A stretch of 64,000 nucleotides of DNA from Rebecca billardiae RCC1528 (GCA_965240325.2 OZ251223.1:3224001-3288000); one strand, 5' to 3'; positions 35,661-46,293 are shown, counted from the first letter of the stretch. The notes: generated from the sequence alone by a model not told the origin. Numbers and translations: made by a program.

Positions 35661-36706
35661 ATACTACTACAGGGTCCCCAACAATTATTCGGACACTGAT
35701 TTTTGCTGACTACGGAGCCTGCTGACGATGAGATGGGCCAGAGGCTCCATGGACCTTACTCCTAGTCCTCGGATGACGACAGGAAGTCGTGGTTGCAGCG
35801 AGCGGCGCGCTCTGCGTGTGGCCAGGGCTGGCTTGAATGTACAGCTCAACCAACTAGCGGTTGGCTCTGAACAGGTCCACTGAGCCCCAGTGAGTGGCAT
35901 GCATGCTGAAATTCGTATCTGGCGCACGGTTGCATTTGACGGCGGGCGGGTTGGTGTGCGCACTAGTGGGCCTCCAGCGTTCGCTGCGGGTAGTGGCGCC
36001 GAGTGTAGCCCTTGCCTGCACGGCCAGAGCCGATCGACTGGCTGTGCAGCAGCTGTGCAAGAGAGGTGTGCAACTGTTACTGGTAGGCTGGACCGATCGG
36101 GCCATATGCTCCCGGTGTAGCGCTACGCCCGGGCTCGCCCAGGGCTGTCGAGTGCATGTCGACATAGTCACCGACCATGCCACGTTACTACTATAATATC
36201 TGGGCGGCCTTGAGCGGGCTCGCTGGCTACAGACATGCGCAGAAGCCACACGGCTGCTCCACAGCCCTCACGACCAGCCTTGTGCCGACTGTCCGCATGA
36301 CCCAGAGGGGCGCTCAACGCGGGCTGCCCGGCTATGCGCGGTCGCAGACAGACCTAGTGGGGTGCACACGAGCCGAGCTGGCCGCTCCTGACCCCGCGCG
36401 AGGCAGCCACAGGCCGTACGCTGAGCTGCTGCCCAAAGTGTCATCAGCATCATCCAGCAGTCGTTTAATACTATGTTGGAGACCCTGTATCCGATGATGA
36501 TATAGTAGTATCAACGATTACGACATATCAAGTACGACAACTCTGAGGCTGCGGGGCGTAGTTCATCGTTATACTTCGACGCTAGCTACCGCGCCTACTA
36601 AGACTCTGCTAGCAATGAAGAGTGAACCTCAGTGATGACTGAACCTGCTCATCAATTGTCACTAGAACTTGCAGCAGTCACTGTCATCAATCTGAATCTG
36701 CACAGG

Positions 36707-39076
36707 TTAAGGAACCTCCGAAGACAACGCGAACGCCGCCGCAGCGGCGCCACGACGACCAGCAAGCGCAGCAGCTCGCTCCTCAGCGTGCGGCAGGTGC
36801 TCGAGCGCAGTGCGCCTTTGGTGCGATCCATGATCGCCGTCAGCGGCACAGTTTGCGTCGACGACTGCGCGCAGTGCGAGCGCTGCGTCTGCAAAGAGCT
36901 CAGCAGCGTGCGAAGCAGCGCTCGCGTCGAGCTGGAGGCGCGCGCCGCGCTCGGTCGTCAGCACACCATCCACGACCTTCGCCTCCACTCCGCCCGTGGC
37001 GCGCAGCTCAGCCTGCTGCGCCTGCGCCATCAGCGCGCGCGCGCGCAGGAACGCGGGTGCGCACGCGCCTGGCTCGAGCGCGAGCGCCTGCTCGCTGTAC
37101 TCGCGAGTCCCCGTGTGGTTGCTCGCCTCGTCCGCGCGGATGGCAGCCTCGGTCAGGTGGCGCACTGCGAGGTGAGTGTCCCCGCTCACCGTGTACATGG
37201 CCGCCACCATGGACTGCAGCCACGCATCGCGCGGGTACTTCTCCAGCAGCTCCTTGAACAGGCCGAGCAGCGCGGGCGCCGCGCTGTTCACGGTGAACGG
37301 GCACGTGAGCGACGAGTTCAGGTGGCCGATCGCGTCGCGCACGCTGCCGCGCTGGATGTGCACCTGCGCCATGTGCCAGTCGAGGTCGCAGAACTCCGGG
37401 TCGATCCGGCGCGCGAGCTCGTACTGCCGCCACGCGCCCTCCCAGTCGCCGCGGTTCTTGTACAGCGTGCCCATCTGCAGCTGCAGCTTGGCGCTGTCGG
37501 GGCAGACGCGCACGGCGCTGATGAACGCGCTGTCGTTGTTCAGCCAGTCGAGGTTGCGCACCATCGTGCGCGAGGCCGCGGCGGCGCACAGCACGCCGAG
37601 CGCCAGCGCCGCGCCCGCGCGCCCACCGAGCGGCCTCGGCCGCACCGACGGCGCCCACAGCTGCGCCAGCAGCATGCAGAAGCCGACCGAGGGGATGTAG
37701 AGCAGCCGCTCAGCCACAAACGTGCCGATGTTGAACAGGATGTTCGAGGCGGGCACCCAGGGCAGCACGGCCCAGGCGAGGCAGCGCACGTCGCGGCACG
37801 CGGTGGGCGAGCCGTCGCGCACGGCGCGCCACAGCCGCGCGCACGCCCACCCCACGATCGCGCACGCCACGGCGAGGTCGCCCCACGCGCGCGCGTCTGC
37901 CATCGAGCGCACCAGCCTGATGCACTCGAACGAGTACTCGATGGAGAGCTCGCGCGGCCAGAGGAGCAGCCACAGGTGGTACACTTGGACGCGCAGCACG
38001 GAGAGCGCCCACGCGGGGCCCGGCCGGCCGCGCAGGGAGGTGAGCGGGTTCTCAGCCTTGCGCACGAGCCGCGGCGACGGCTTGGTCGCCGACCACGTCC
38101 AGTGCGCGGGCCAGAACGCCCACGGCGGCGGCGGCGGCGGCGGCGGCGCGCCGTACTTGAGGTCGTACGGCTCGAACGGGGACATGAGCGCGACGCGGAG
38201 GAGGAGATAGGCCACGCAGAGCACGGCGAGCGGCGCGAGCCGCCACGCGCCGCCTCTGAGCGTGCGCAGCAGCCGGCGGCGGTCGAATGGCTGGATGAGC
38301 GGCGCGCGTGCGCGAGCTTCCGCAGGGGCGCAGGGGTGCTGCTCCGAGGAGGGCGGCGCTGCCGGCTGCCTCGAGCGCAGCGGGGAGCGGCTGGCCTGCA
38401 GGATCACGAGCACTTCGTGCGCACCACACACCAGCACGACGAACAGGGCCGTCTCCTTGCTGAAGAGCGCCAGCGTGAAGAGCACGCACGTGCGCGAGAC
38501 GCAGCGCAGCTGGATGCCCAGCGGCAGCCCCTTCGCCCCCACCGCAGCGGCGTGCGCGTGCGCGAGGAAGGCGCACGCCATCAGGACGCACGCGAGCAGC
38601 TCGGCGCGGCCGACCACGTTGACGACCGCCTCGACGTGCACGGGATGGAGCGCGAAGACCGCGCCCGCGATGAGCGCGCGCTCGAGCGCATGTCGCTCCT
38701 GGCCGGTGCACGCGCCCGTCAGCCGCGCAACGAGCGCGGTCGCGGCGGCGTGGAGCAGAGCGTTCACAAGGTGGTAGCCCCATGAGCCCGGGCAGATGCG
38801 CACGTTGCACTCGGGCTTCCCGCCAGTGAAGATACTGTTGAGGCGATACGTGATTGTCGTGAGAGGGCGGTACGATTTGTGCGATGATTCGTCCCGGAGG
38901 TCCCTGCCCCAAAAGTCGTCGACAAAGACGCCCTTCAGAGGCGAGGTGTAGTGGGCATCCACATTCTCCATCACGGCAAGGTTGTCGTCGAACACGAAGC
39001 CGTTCCGGAGCGAGTTGAGGTAGACGACGGCGCTGAGAAGCGCGACGAAGGCCTGCACCTCGCCGAGCGAGCGCAT
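36707..39076 (-). CDS. TMTC-type protein O-mannosyltransferase with C-terminal TPR repeats
   Basis: YLNSL.NGFVFDD, DDFWG....SHKSYRPLT, HPVHVEAVVNVVGRAELL, SKET and AERLLYIPSVG, followed by TPR-like helices. Confidence 0.92.
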   Translation of the reverse strand: MRSLGEVQAFVALLSAVVYLNSLRNGFVFDDNLAVMENVDAHYTSPLKGVFVDDFWGRDLRDESSHKSYRPLTTITYRLNSIFTGGKPECNVRICPGSWGYHLVNALLHAAATALVARLTGACTGQERHALERALIAGAVFALHPVHVEAVVNVVGRAELLACVLMACAFLAHAHAAAVGAKGLPLGIQLRCVSRTCVLFTLALFSKETALFVVLVCGAHEVLVILQASRSPLRSRQPAAPPSSEQHPCAPAEARARAPLIQPFDRRRLLRTLRGGAWRLAPLAVLCVAYLLLRVALMSPFEPYDLKYGAPPPPPPPPWAFWPAHWTWSATKPSPRLVRKAENPLTSLRGRPGPAWALSVLRVQVYHLWLLLWPRELSIEYSFECIRLVRSMADARAWGDLAVACAIVGWACARLWRAVRDGSPTACRDVRCLAWAVLPWVPASNILFNIGTFVAERLLYIPSVGFCMLLAQLWAPSVRPRPLGGRAGAALALGVLCAAAASRTMVRNLDWLNNDSAFISAVRVCPDSAKLQLQMGTLYKNRGDWEGAWRQYELARRIDPEFCDLDWHMAQVHIQRGSVRDAIGHLNSSLTCPFTVNSAAPALLGLFKELLEKYPRDAWLQSMVAAMYTVSGDTHLAVRHLTEAAIRADEASNHTGTREYSEQALALEPGACAPAFLRARALMAQAQQAELRATGGVEAKVVDGVLTTERGARLQLDASAASHAAELFADAALALRAVVDANCAADGDHGSHQRRTALEHLPHAEERAAALAGRRGAAAAAFALSSEVP

Positions 39077-39290
39077 GCTCACAACGCGACCGGCGCGGTT
39101 GTCCGGTGTCTTATGGCTCCGGATTTATTCAGGTGACTCCGGAGCGGTGCCGGCTTGTCCGGGTGCCGTTGTGCCCGATGTGCCGCGGTCCAAGGGCGGT
39201 CCGGTCCGGCCCGGACCTCCCTTGCGCGGTGCAATGCCCAGCCCCAATCTCAAATCGGCCAGTGGCAATGTGCAGATGGTCGGAGCAAGG

Positions 39291-39560
39291 GGCTTACAAA
39301 ATACCACTGTGGGCGAAACACAGCTGTCGGATGCGATGTACATGAGACGGAAAGTGTTACCGGTCAGCGGAAAACACTGTGCGAAAAGTTTGAATCCGGG
39401 AAAGCGGGTAGATCTGTCATGACCTCATCATATTCTTCCCAGGCATTCCTGTGTTTTCCTCATACGAGCTCCCGGACACTTTCCCGTTTCCGTCTCATGT
39501 ACATCGCATCCGACGGGGCTCCTCACTGGCGCTTTCGCCCCCAGTGGTATTTTGTAAGCC
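39291..39560. mobile_element. ~270-bp MITE-like inverted-repeat element
   Basis: GGCTTACAAAATACCACTG / CAGTGGTATTTTGTAAGCC and GTCGGATGCGATGTACATGAGACGGAAA / TTTCCGTCTCATGTACATCGCATCCGAC. No clear TSD. Confidence 0.7.
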
Positions 39561-39739
39561 TGCCTTCAGTGTTCGGAGTCCGTATCGTCATCGTGATTCC
39601 GGAATGGAGCTGCTTCAGTGAGTACTTGCTGGTTGCGAGTAGCTATACTAGTAGTCTAGTCTTACTAAGGTAAGTAACTGTATACCGTAAGTAGTTTTGG
39701 GCGTTTTGGCGAAATGGCGAATGGTCGCAGGCTCCGCCT

Positions 39740-39889
39740 CATCCAGGCCTCGCAGGCGGACGGCTGAACGAATCTTCCGACGGCGCTATGTACCATCGGC
39801 CACGGCTTCATGGGCGGTGACAGTTGGCGGGCGTCAATCTCGCCTGCCTGTGAGCTGTGTGCGTCTCTTATTCTACTTAGTAAACTGTA
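39740..39889 (-). repeat. Inverted copy of 33543-33684
   Basis: Ends ...TAGTAAACTG-TA; matches the 33543 copy on the opposite strand. Confidence 0.85.
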
Positions 39890-39950
39890 CGTAATTGCGG
39901 GACAGACTCTGAGATCCAGATTCTGGATAATTCCCGCCTTTATAATCTTC

Positions 39951-40981
39951 TGTCGAAGGGAATGAAGAGCCCGAAACGACTGAGCTAAATCGGTTCGCGC
40001 CAACCGATTTAGCTCAGTCGTTTCGGGCTCTTCATTCCCTTCGACATAACCGTAAGTCTCCTGTGGGACACCCCGCGAGGGGCTGTAGTCCCGTCCAGTG
40101 TTCTGACGGATTTGTTGTCGAGGTTTTTCTCTCCCCGCCTGGTCTTTCCCAGGTGTTCCACCCTGCGTGCTCGTCTGCTCTGTGGCTTCGTAGAGACTCC
40201 GTCTTTTGTGGGCGGTGAGCCCTTCTTTGCTGCTGTGGCTTTGTGAGGCTCTTTTTGTGTCTTTGTTGTTCACCCGGGCGACTGTACCCGGAGGTTGCGC
40301 GTCGCGGACCGTGCTCGTTTTTTCTGTCGTCGTCTTTCTTTGTCGGTCATCTTCTTCGTGCTCCCCTCTTTCGTTCGTCTTTTTGCCGACTCCTCGCTTT
40401 TCATTCCCCCCCGGAGCCGCGAGGCTCTCGCGAGGTCGAAAGCGCTTCGCGTGAAAGGCCAAGAGTTGCCCGCGTCGGTCGGTCGCTGGATTCGAACAGG
40501 TGACTTTACGGTTGTGTCGAAGGGGGAATGAAAAGCGAGGAGTCGGCAAAAAGACGAACGAAAGAGGGGAGCACGAAGAAGATGACCGACAAAGAAAGAC
40601 GACGACAGAAAAAACGAGCACGGTCCGCGACGCGCAACCTCCGGGTACAGTCGCCCGGGTGAACAACAAAGACACAAAAAGAGCCTCACAAAGCCACAGC
40701 AGCAAAGAAGGGCTCACCGCCCACAAAAGACGGAGTCTCTACGAAGCCACAGAGCAGACGAGCACGCAGGGTGGAACACCTGGGAAAGACCAGGCGGGGA
40801 GAGAAAAACCTCGACAACAAATCCGTCAGAACACTGGACGGGACTACAGCCCCTCGCGGGGTGTCCCACAGGAGACTTACGGTTATGTCGAAGGGAATGA
40901 AGAGCCCGAAACGACTGAGCTAAATCGGTTGGCGCCAACCGATTTAGCTCAGTCGTTTCGGGCTCTTCATTCCCTTCGACA
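39951..40981. mobile_element. Non-autonomous foldback element: 460-bp TIRs capped by 96-bp palindromes, TG..CA ends, 5-bp TSD TCTTC
   Basis: 39951-40410 is the reverse complement of 40522-40981. 39951-40046 and 40886-40981 are self-palindromic. TCTTC occurs at 39946-39950 and 40982-40986. Confidence 0.92.
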
Positions 40982-41184
40982 TCTTCATATTATAATTATT
41001 AACGGGCTCCGCAGGTGGCGGGTGCTAGTCATACTAGTTGACTGTTGAGTCTAGGACTAGCCTCTACTGCTTACTAGTTGGGTCTCATGTAGTCGTCTTA
41101 AGTCTGATAGACTAGCTAAGCTATATATATATACATACGTCGTCTGTAAGACTACGCAGCTCGATCCCGCCGGCGCCTGCACTG

Positions 41185-41270
41185 ACTCATTCTATGATTT
41201 AACGACACAGGTAGGACGACGCGGGTCTCCTGATTCGTCGGCGGCAGTGCCCGATCGTCGACACGAAGTC
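41185..41270 (-). repeat. Inverted copy of 1036-1121
   Basis: Reverse complement matches 1036-1121. Confidence 0.88.
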
Positions 41271-41951
41271 GGCGTTGGTGGCAGAGCATAGCCTGCACCG
41301 CGATCGTAAAGCTTGAGCGCGGCCTTGAGCTGCTGGAGCGCGATCCACCTGCGCTGCGCGGCTCGCATGGCCCTGCTGTGCCCCGAGCGAGGGCGATGGT
41401 GCAGGTCCGGATGTCAGCTGGCAGTCTCAGCCGCTGGTAGCAGCTGGTCGTACCTGCCCCGTGCTCCCCGGGCAGTCGCGTACGCGCTTGCCGCTCGAGC
41501 CAGCTGGCTGGCTGGCGGCGGCTGGCGCTGCGGCGTCGTCCAGGGTGCGCTTCGTCCGCTGCTGCGGCAGCTCCTCGTCGTCCAAGTCGTCGCCCGGGGG
41601 CGAGTCTCGGTCCTCGTGGAGCGGGGCGCCTGCAGTCCGACGGCAGCTTATACCGTATTAATTAATTCCGGTTACTAGGTCTAGTAGTGATACTACGACT
41701 AAATAACTACGAGTAACGCGCCGGCCAATCAAGTTGAATGAGAGCCGTCGTATCATCGGTCAGACAAAAGTGTCAGATCGGGCCGGACGGCCGACGACCG
41801 ACCGTCAGCGGCGTCAGCCGTCTGCCGGGCCCGTGGCCGTCAGTCCGCGGCCCGGCCGCCGCATCAAAGCCATCGGACTATGAGTCGCCCGCCATCGCGG
41901 GCCGCGCGGGCTTCTGGCGCGCGACTCCGCGGACTCCACAGTGAGAGTGCC

Positions 41952-44186
41952 TCAGTACGCGTCATCGTACTCATCGTCCGAGTCGTCGCTGGTCTCGCCC
42001 CCGAAGTGCACGGCAATGGGCTGCGGCTCGGTCTCGTCCACGTCACCAGCCGCGGCGTCCTGCGCCGAACCACCCAGAGGCTCGGCAACAGGGTCTGCGC
42101 CAGCTCGCGCCGTGAGGCCGTTCTCCGGCTCAGCTAGCATGCTCTCGACTTGGGGCACCATGTTGGCCACCGCCCGCGACGTGATCTCGCGCTCAGCGCT
42201 CGCTGTGGGGGGCGCAGGAGGGGCAGCCGGAGTGTCGACCGCGGGCTTCGCACCAGGCGTTGCCGCCGGTGCTTGGTCGTCGTCGTCATCCAGGTCGACG
42301 ACGGTCGTCATCTTGTCCGCGTTGAGGTCGATCGTGATCCGTTCGCGAGCGGCCGAGCCAGCGCCGTGCGGCGCTGCAGCGGCGAGCGCCGAAGACCTCG
42401 GCGGCACGGCGTGCAGCGGACGCGCGATGGCCGGCACATGAGCGGCGCCGACAGGAGCACCGCTGCCGCCGCCAAGCATCGGCTGGGCGCACGCGCGCTG
42501 AGCGGCGCCTGCTGCATGCGCAGGCAGCACAGTGCTCGTGCACCTGCCCGGCTGCATCTGGGCCGTGGCGGCGCTCGCGCACGCCCCGCTCTGTGGCGGC
42601 GGGCCCTGATACGCGCAATGGCCGGCGCCGGCGGTCGGGGCTGAGCACGGCTGCCTGTACGCGCACGCGGGCGGCTGCGGTTGGTAGGGCATCGGCTGCG
42701 CGCACATGTGCTGCTGCTGAGGTGGTGGCTGCGGCTGCATCTGGTGTTGTTGCTGCCACGGAGGGCCGGACGGCGCGTTGAATGATGCCCCACACGCCGA
42801 ACCATAAGCCGGGTACTGCTGCGGATAGGGCAGTGGCGCGGCCTGCTGCTGTGGCGGGCACTGCCAAGGAACACCCTGAGCCGCCTGAGCAGAGCCGGCC
42901 GCCACCCCCCAGCACGGCTGCGGCTGCTGGAACGGCGGGCGCCACGCATTCCGCGCCGGCTGCTGCTGCGCCGCCTGCTGCCACTGCTGCTGCTGCGCCT
43001 GCTGTGCGTACTGCGATGGTTGCTGCTGCTGCTGCAGCGGCTGCTGCTGCTGCTGCGGCTGCTGCAGCTGCTGCAGCTGCTGCAGCTGCTGCAGCTGGGC
43101 CTGCGGCTGCTGCAGCTGCGCCGCTGGCTGCGACATCGAATGCGCTTGGTGCTGTGCCGCTGGGCAAGGTGCAATTGGCACCTGCGCGTTTGCCTGCCGC
43201 GCGGGCGCGAGGTCCACGAGCGCGCGTGCGAGGGGTCGCAAGTCCTCCAGCACCGCGGCAGGGAGCCTCGCCTTCAGATCCCACCAAAAGCGCGGCGCAG
43301 GCATCCCGAATCTCTGCCAGCACCGCTCAGCGAGCTCGTCGGCGCTGCCGGCGTGCACGAGGCTCAGCAGCAACGAGAGGACGCCGTTGAGCGCGCTATC
43401 CTGCACTGGCATGGGGAGCGCGCCCGCCTCGCCGATCACGTCGAGCGCGCGCATCCCCTGGTCTCGCTCGTGCTGGCCGAGCACGGGCGGGCAGCCATAC
43501 ATCGGCTCGTTGTGCATCTGGCCCGTGCGCTGCGTGCAGCGCAACACGGCCAGCCGCACGTCGGGCTTCAGCGGGGCTCGAATCGTCTTGGATGGTGGTA
43601 CAGGGCCCGGGCACAAGCCCTGCTGGGGTGCGCCCTGGAGCCCGTGGCCCTCCGCGGTCGTCGACGGGGCGGTAGCGCCGCTCAGCCCTGCGGTGGCGTG
43701 GCAGGCCTCGTACTCGCCAAATGAAGCGAGCGGGTCGGGCGACGTGCCGCTCGTCGCCGCGGCGGCCGCCGCGCACTGCGTGAGCAGCCTGGGCGGCCCC
43801 TGCCCGCTGGCTGCGGCGCCCTGCGAGCCCGCCACCCTTCCATCTGTGCGATGCTCCGCGAACGCCACAACGTGCGGCCGCTTGCGTGCATCAGACGGGA
43901 CCACGACCGCCCCAACTGTCACTGCGAGAGGTGTGGCACCGGTGACAACTGGATGGCTTGTAATCGGCACTGCAAGCGCAGCCGAGCCCGCGTGTGCATC
44001 AACACCCTCGTCGACCGCGTCCTCCTCCTCCGCTGGCGCCGCAGCCGGACCGTCATACGTGGCGACAAAGAAGTCGAGCGCGGATGTTGCGTCGGCGTGC
44101 GAACCCTCCGCGAGTGCCTTCCACGAGAAACGCGGAGCTTGACCGAGGCTCTCCCCAGCAACACGCACCGTGAATGTGCACGCCAT
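41952..44186 (-). CDS. Hypothetical protein with poly-Q/PQY-rich low-complexity domain and acidic C-terminus
   Basis: Long ORF with CAG-rich poly-Q, an acidic tail (SDDSDDEYDDAY) and a head-to-head arrangement with RCL1. No family recognised. Confidence 0.65.
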   Translation of the reverse strand: MACTFTVRVAGESLGQAPRFSWKALAEGSHADATSALDFFVATYDGPAAAPAEEEDAVDEGVDAHAGSAALAVPITSHPVVTGATPLAVTVGAVVVPSDARKRPHVVAFAEHRTDGRVAGSQGAAASGQGPPRLLTQCAAAAAATSGTSPDPLASFGEYEACHATAGLSGATAPSTTAEGHGLQGAPQQGLCPGPVPPSKTIRAPLKPDVRLAVLRCTQRTGQMHNEPMYGCPPVLGQHERDQGMRALDVIGEAGALPMPVQDSALNGVLSLLLSLVHAGSADELAERCWQRFGMPAPRFWWDLKARLPAAVLEDLRPLARALVDLAPARQANAQVPIAPCPAAQHQAHSMSQPAAQLQQPQAQLQQLQQLQQLQQPQQQQQPLQQQQQPSQYAQQAQQQQWQQAAQQQPARNAWRPPFQQPQPCWGVAAGSAQAAQGVPWQCPPQQQAAPLPYPQQYPAYGSACGASFNAPSGPPWQQQHQMQPQPPPQQQHMCAQPMPYQPQPPACAYRQPCSAPTAGAGHCAYQGPPPQSGACASAATAQMQPGRCTSTVLPAHAAGAAQRACAQPMLGGGSGAPVGAAHVPAIARPLHAVPPRSSALAAAAPHGAGSAARERITIDLNADKMTTVVDLDDDDDQAPAATPGAKPAVDTPAAPPAPPTASAEREITSRAVANMVPQVESMLAEPENGLTARAGADPVAEPLGGSAQDAAAGDVDETEPQPIAVHFGGETSDDSDDEYDDAY

Positions 44187-44438
44187 CCGCCCACCGCTAG
44201 AGTGCGCACTCCCCCGTCGCGTTCGAAGTGCCTCTGGGCGGAAGCGAAAGCTGCTGCCGGTCAAGGGCTGCCGCCGCGAGCGGCGCAGTCGAGCGTGAGA
44301 GTGGTCCGGACGCCCGCGTCCGGGAGCTTGCTGCCTCGACGACGATGCCGTGACGAAAGCGTGCTGGCCCTAGGCACAAAGCTCGACGATTGAGGACCGA
44401 GGCTGCAAGCGTTGGTCCCCTGTTCCCCGCGTACACGC
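44187..44438. promoter_or_regulatory. Putative bidirectional promoter Q-rich gene/RCL1
   Basis: Divergent start codons ~250 bp apart. Confidence 0.45.
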
Positions 44439-45515
44439 ATGGGGCTCCTGCGCTTTACCGGTGCACGCCACCTCCGCCAGCGCATCGTCCTGGCCACGCT
44501 GAGTGGCAGGGCCATTCGCATCGACGACATCCGCGCAGACGACGCGGAGCGACCAGGGTTGCGCGACTTTGAGATCTCCCTGCTCCGGCTGATCGAGTCC
44601 GTGGTGAACGGGTGCGAGGTCATCATCAACGAGACCGGCACGGGGCTGCGCTACCGCCCGGGCGTGATCGTCGGAGGCACGGTCGTGCACGACTGCGCGC
44701 CTGGCCGAGCGATTGGGTACTACGCTGAGGCGCTGCTGGCGCTCGCACCGTTTGGCAAGGCGCCACTCCGTGCGACGCTGCGCGGCGTGACGAACAACGA
44801 CACGGACATTGGTGTCGACGCGATCCGCACGGTCACGCTGCCGCTGATGCGCCGCTTTGGCATCGAGGAGGGCCTCGAGCTCAAGGTTGCGAAGCGCGGC
44901 GCGATGCCGGGCGGTGGCGGTGAGGTGCAGGTGCAATGTCCCACTGTGCGCCGCCTGGCGCCCGTCGACATGATGGACGAGGGGAAGGTGAAGCGCGTGC
45001 GCGGCGTGGCGTACGCGACGCGCGTGGCGCCGTACGTCGCGAACCGCATGGTCGACACATCGCGCGGCGTGCTCAACGACCTGCTGCCCGACGTGTGGAT
45101 CTACACGGACCACTACAAGGGCGACCGCAGCGGCGTGTCGCCCGGCTTTGGCGTCACGCTCGTCGCGGAGACGACGTCGGGCGCCATGCTCTGTGTGGAG
45201 GGCACGGGCGCTGCGCAGGTGGTGCCCGAGGACCTGGGCACCTCGACGGCGCGGCTGCTGCTCGAGGAGGTCGGCAAGGGCGGCTGCATCGACACGGCCC
45301 ACCAGCCCATCGCGCTGCTGCTGATGGCCCTGGGCCCCGAGGACGTGTCCCGCGTGCGCATCGGCCAGCTCTCGCAGTACTCGATCGAGTGGCTGGTGCT
45401 GCTGCGGGAGTTCCTAGGCGTGACGATGCAGCTGAAGCCAGACCCGGCGACGCGCACTGTGCTGGTCACCTGCCGCGGAATCGGCTACAGCAACACAGCC
45501 CGTCGAGCCATCTGA
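44439..45515 (+). CDS. RCL1: RNA 3'-terminal phosphate cyclase-like protein Rcl1 (18S rRNA biogenesis)
   Basis: LRQRIVLATLSGRAIRI.DIR, INETGT, RAIGYY, GGGGEV, LPDVWIYTD, SPGFG and GIGYSN motifs. Confidence 0.95.
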   Translation: MGLLRFTGARHLRQRIVLATLSGRAIRIDDIRADDAERPGLRDFEISLLRLIESVVNGCEVIINETGTGLRYRPGVIVGGTVVHDCAPGRAIGYYAEALLALAPFGKAPLRATLRGVTNNDTDIGVDAIRTVTLPLMRRFGIEEGLELKVAKRGAMPGGGGEVQVQCPTVRRLAPVDMMDEGKVKRVRGVAYATRVAPYVANRMVDTSRGVLNDLLPDVWIYTDHYKGDRSGVSPGFGVTLVAETTSGAMLCVEGTGAAQVVPEDLGTSTARLLLEEVGKGGCIDTAHQPIALLLMALGPEDVSRVRIGQLSQYSIEWLVLLREFLGVTMQLKPDPATRTVLVTCRGIGYSNTARRAI

Positions 45516-46293
45516 GTTCGCAGGCTGCTTCGTCATCAGTCAGATTTACTACACACATATATGTATATATAAACTTAACATCGTCGACGTCCGTCGCACG
45601 ACTCGTCGGCCCCCATGCAGCCCGGCACAGGCCAGCACCGCCGCCACTAAGTGACTAACTGAGTACTGAGCGCCCTGCAGTAGCGGCGTCTTATCGCGCA
45701 CGCAGCAGCATTAATATATATACTGCGCGCATGCTCGGAATAGCCTGCGAGTCGGCTTACGAGTAGTCAATACGACAGCAGCGCCGGGCCGCTTACGTAA
45801 CGCGAGGCTTCGTCAATCGTCATCAATTTCTTGCCCTGCGCGTGAACGAATCGTGATTACGGTGATGAGCAGCAGATCGATGACTGCTACGAGTTCCGAA
45901 CGACTACAAGCGCAGGTCGTAGTTTTATTCATCCGGCACTTCCGCGACTAACTACTACTACAGCGCACGTACCATATCATCGTAGTAGTCAGGACGAGCG
46001 GCAGCAGCGCTGCTGAGTAGATATATTGTAGAACTGACGAGACGAAGGTCCGCTGACGTCGACGACCTGATGGCGGACGAGACCGGCCGGCGCCGCGGGC
46101 GCCGCGGGCGTCGGAGGTGGAGCCCGGTCCCGGTCTGGCCGGAGAGAGCCTCACGATAGTCCGTGATGGCTCTCGCACTCTCAGCCGCAGGCTGTCATCA
46201 GCAGGCACGCCGGGCACAGCCCGCAGCTGCAGCACTCAGTAGGCCGCCTAGCGCAGCTCCTGAGCTCGTCGAGGCTGCGAGCCGGGCAGCCGG

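Noticed and set aside
39665-41048. ORFs with duplicated peptides across the foldback element
   Set aside because: Artefacts of the inverted repeat; no transposase or integrase motifs.
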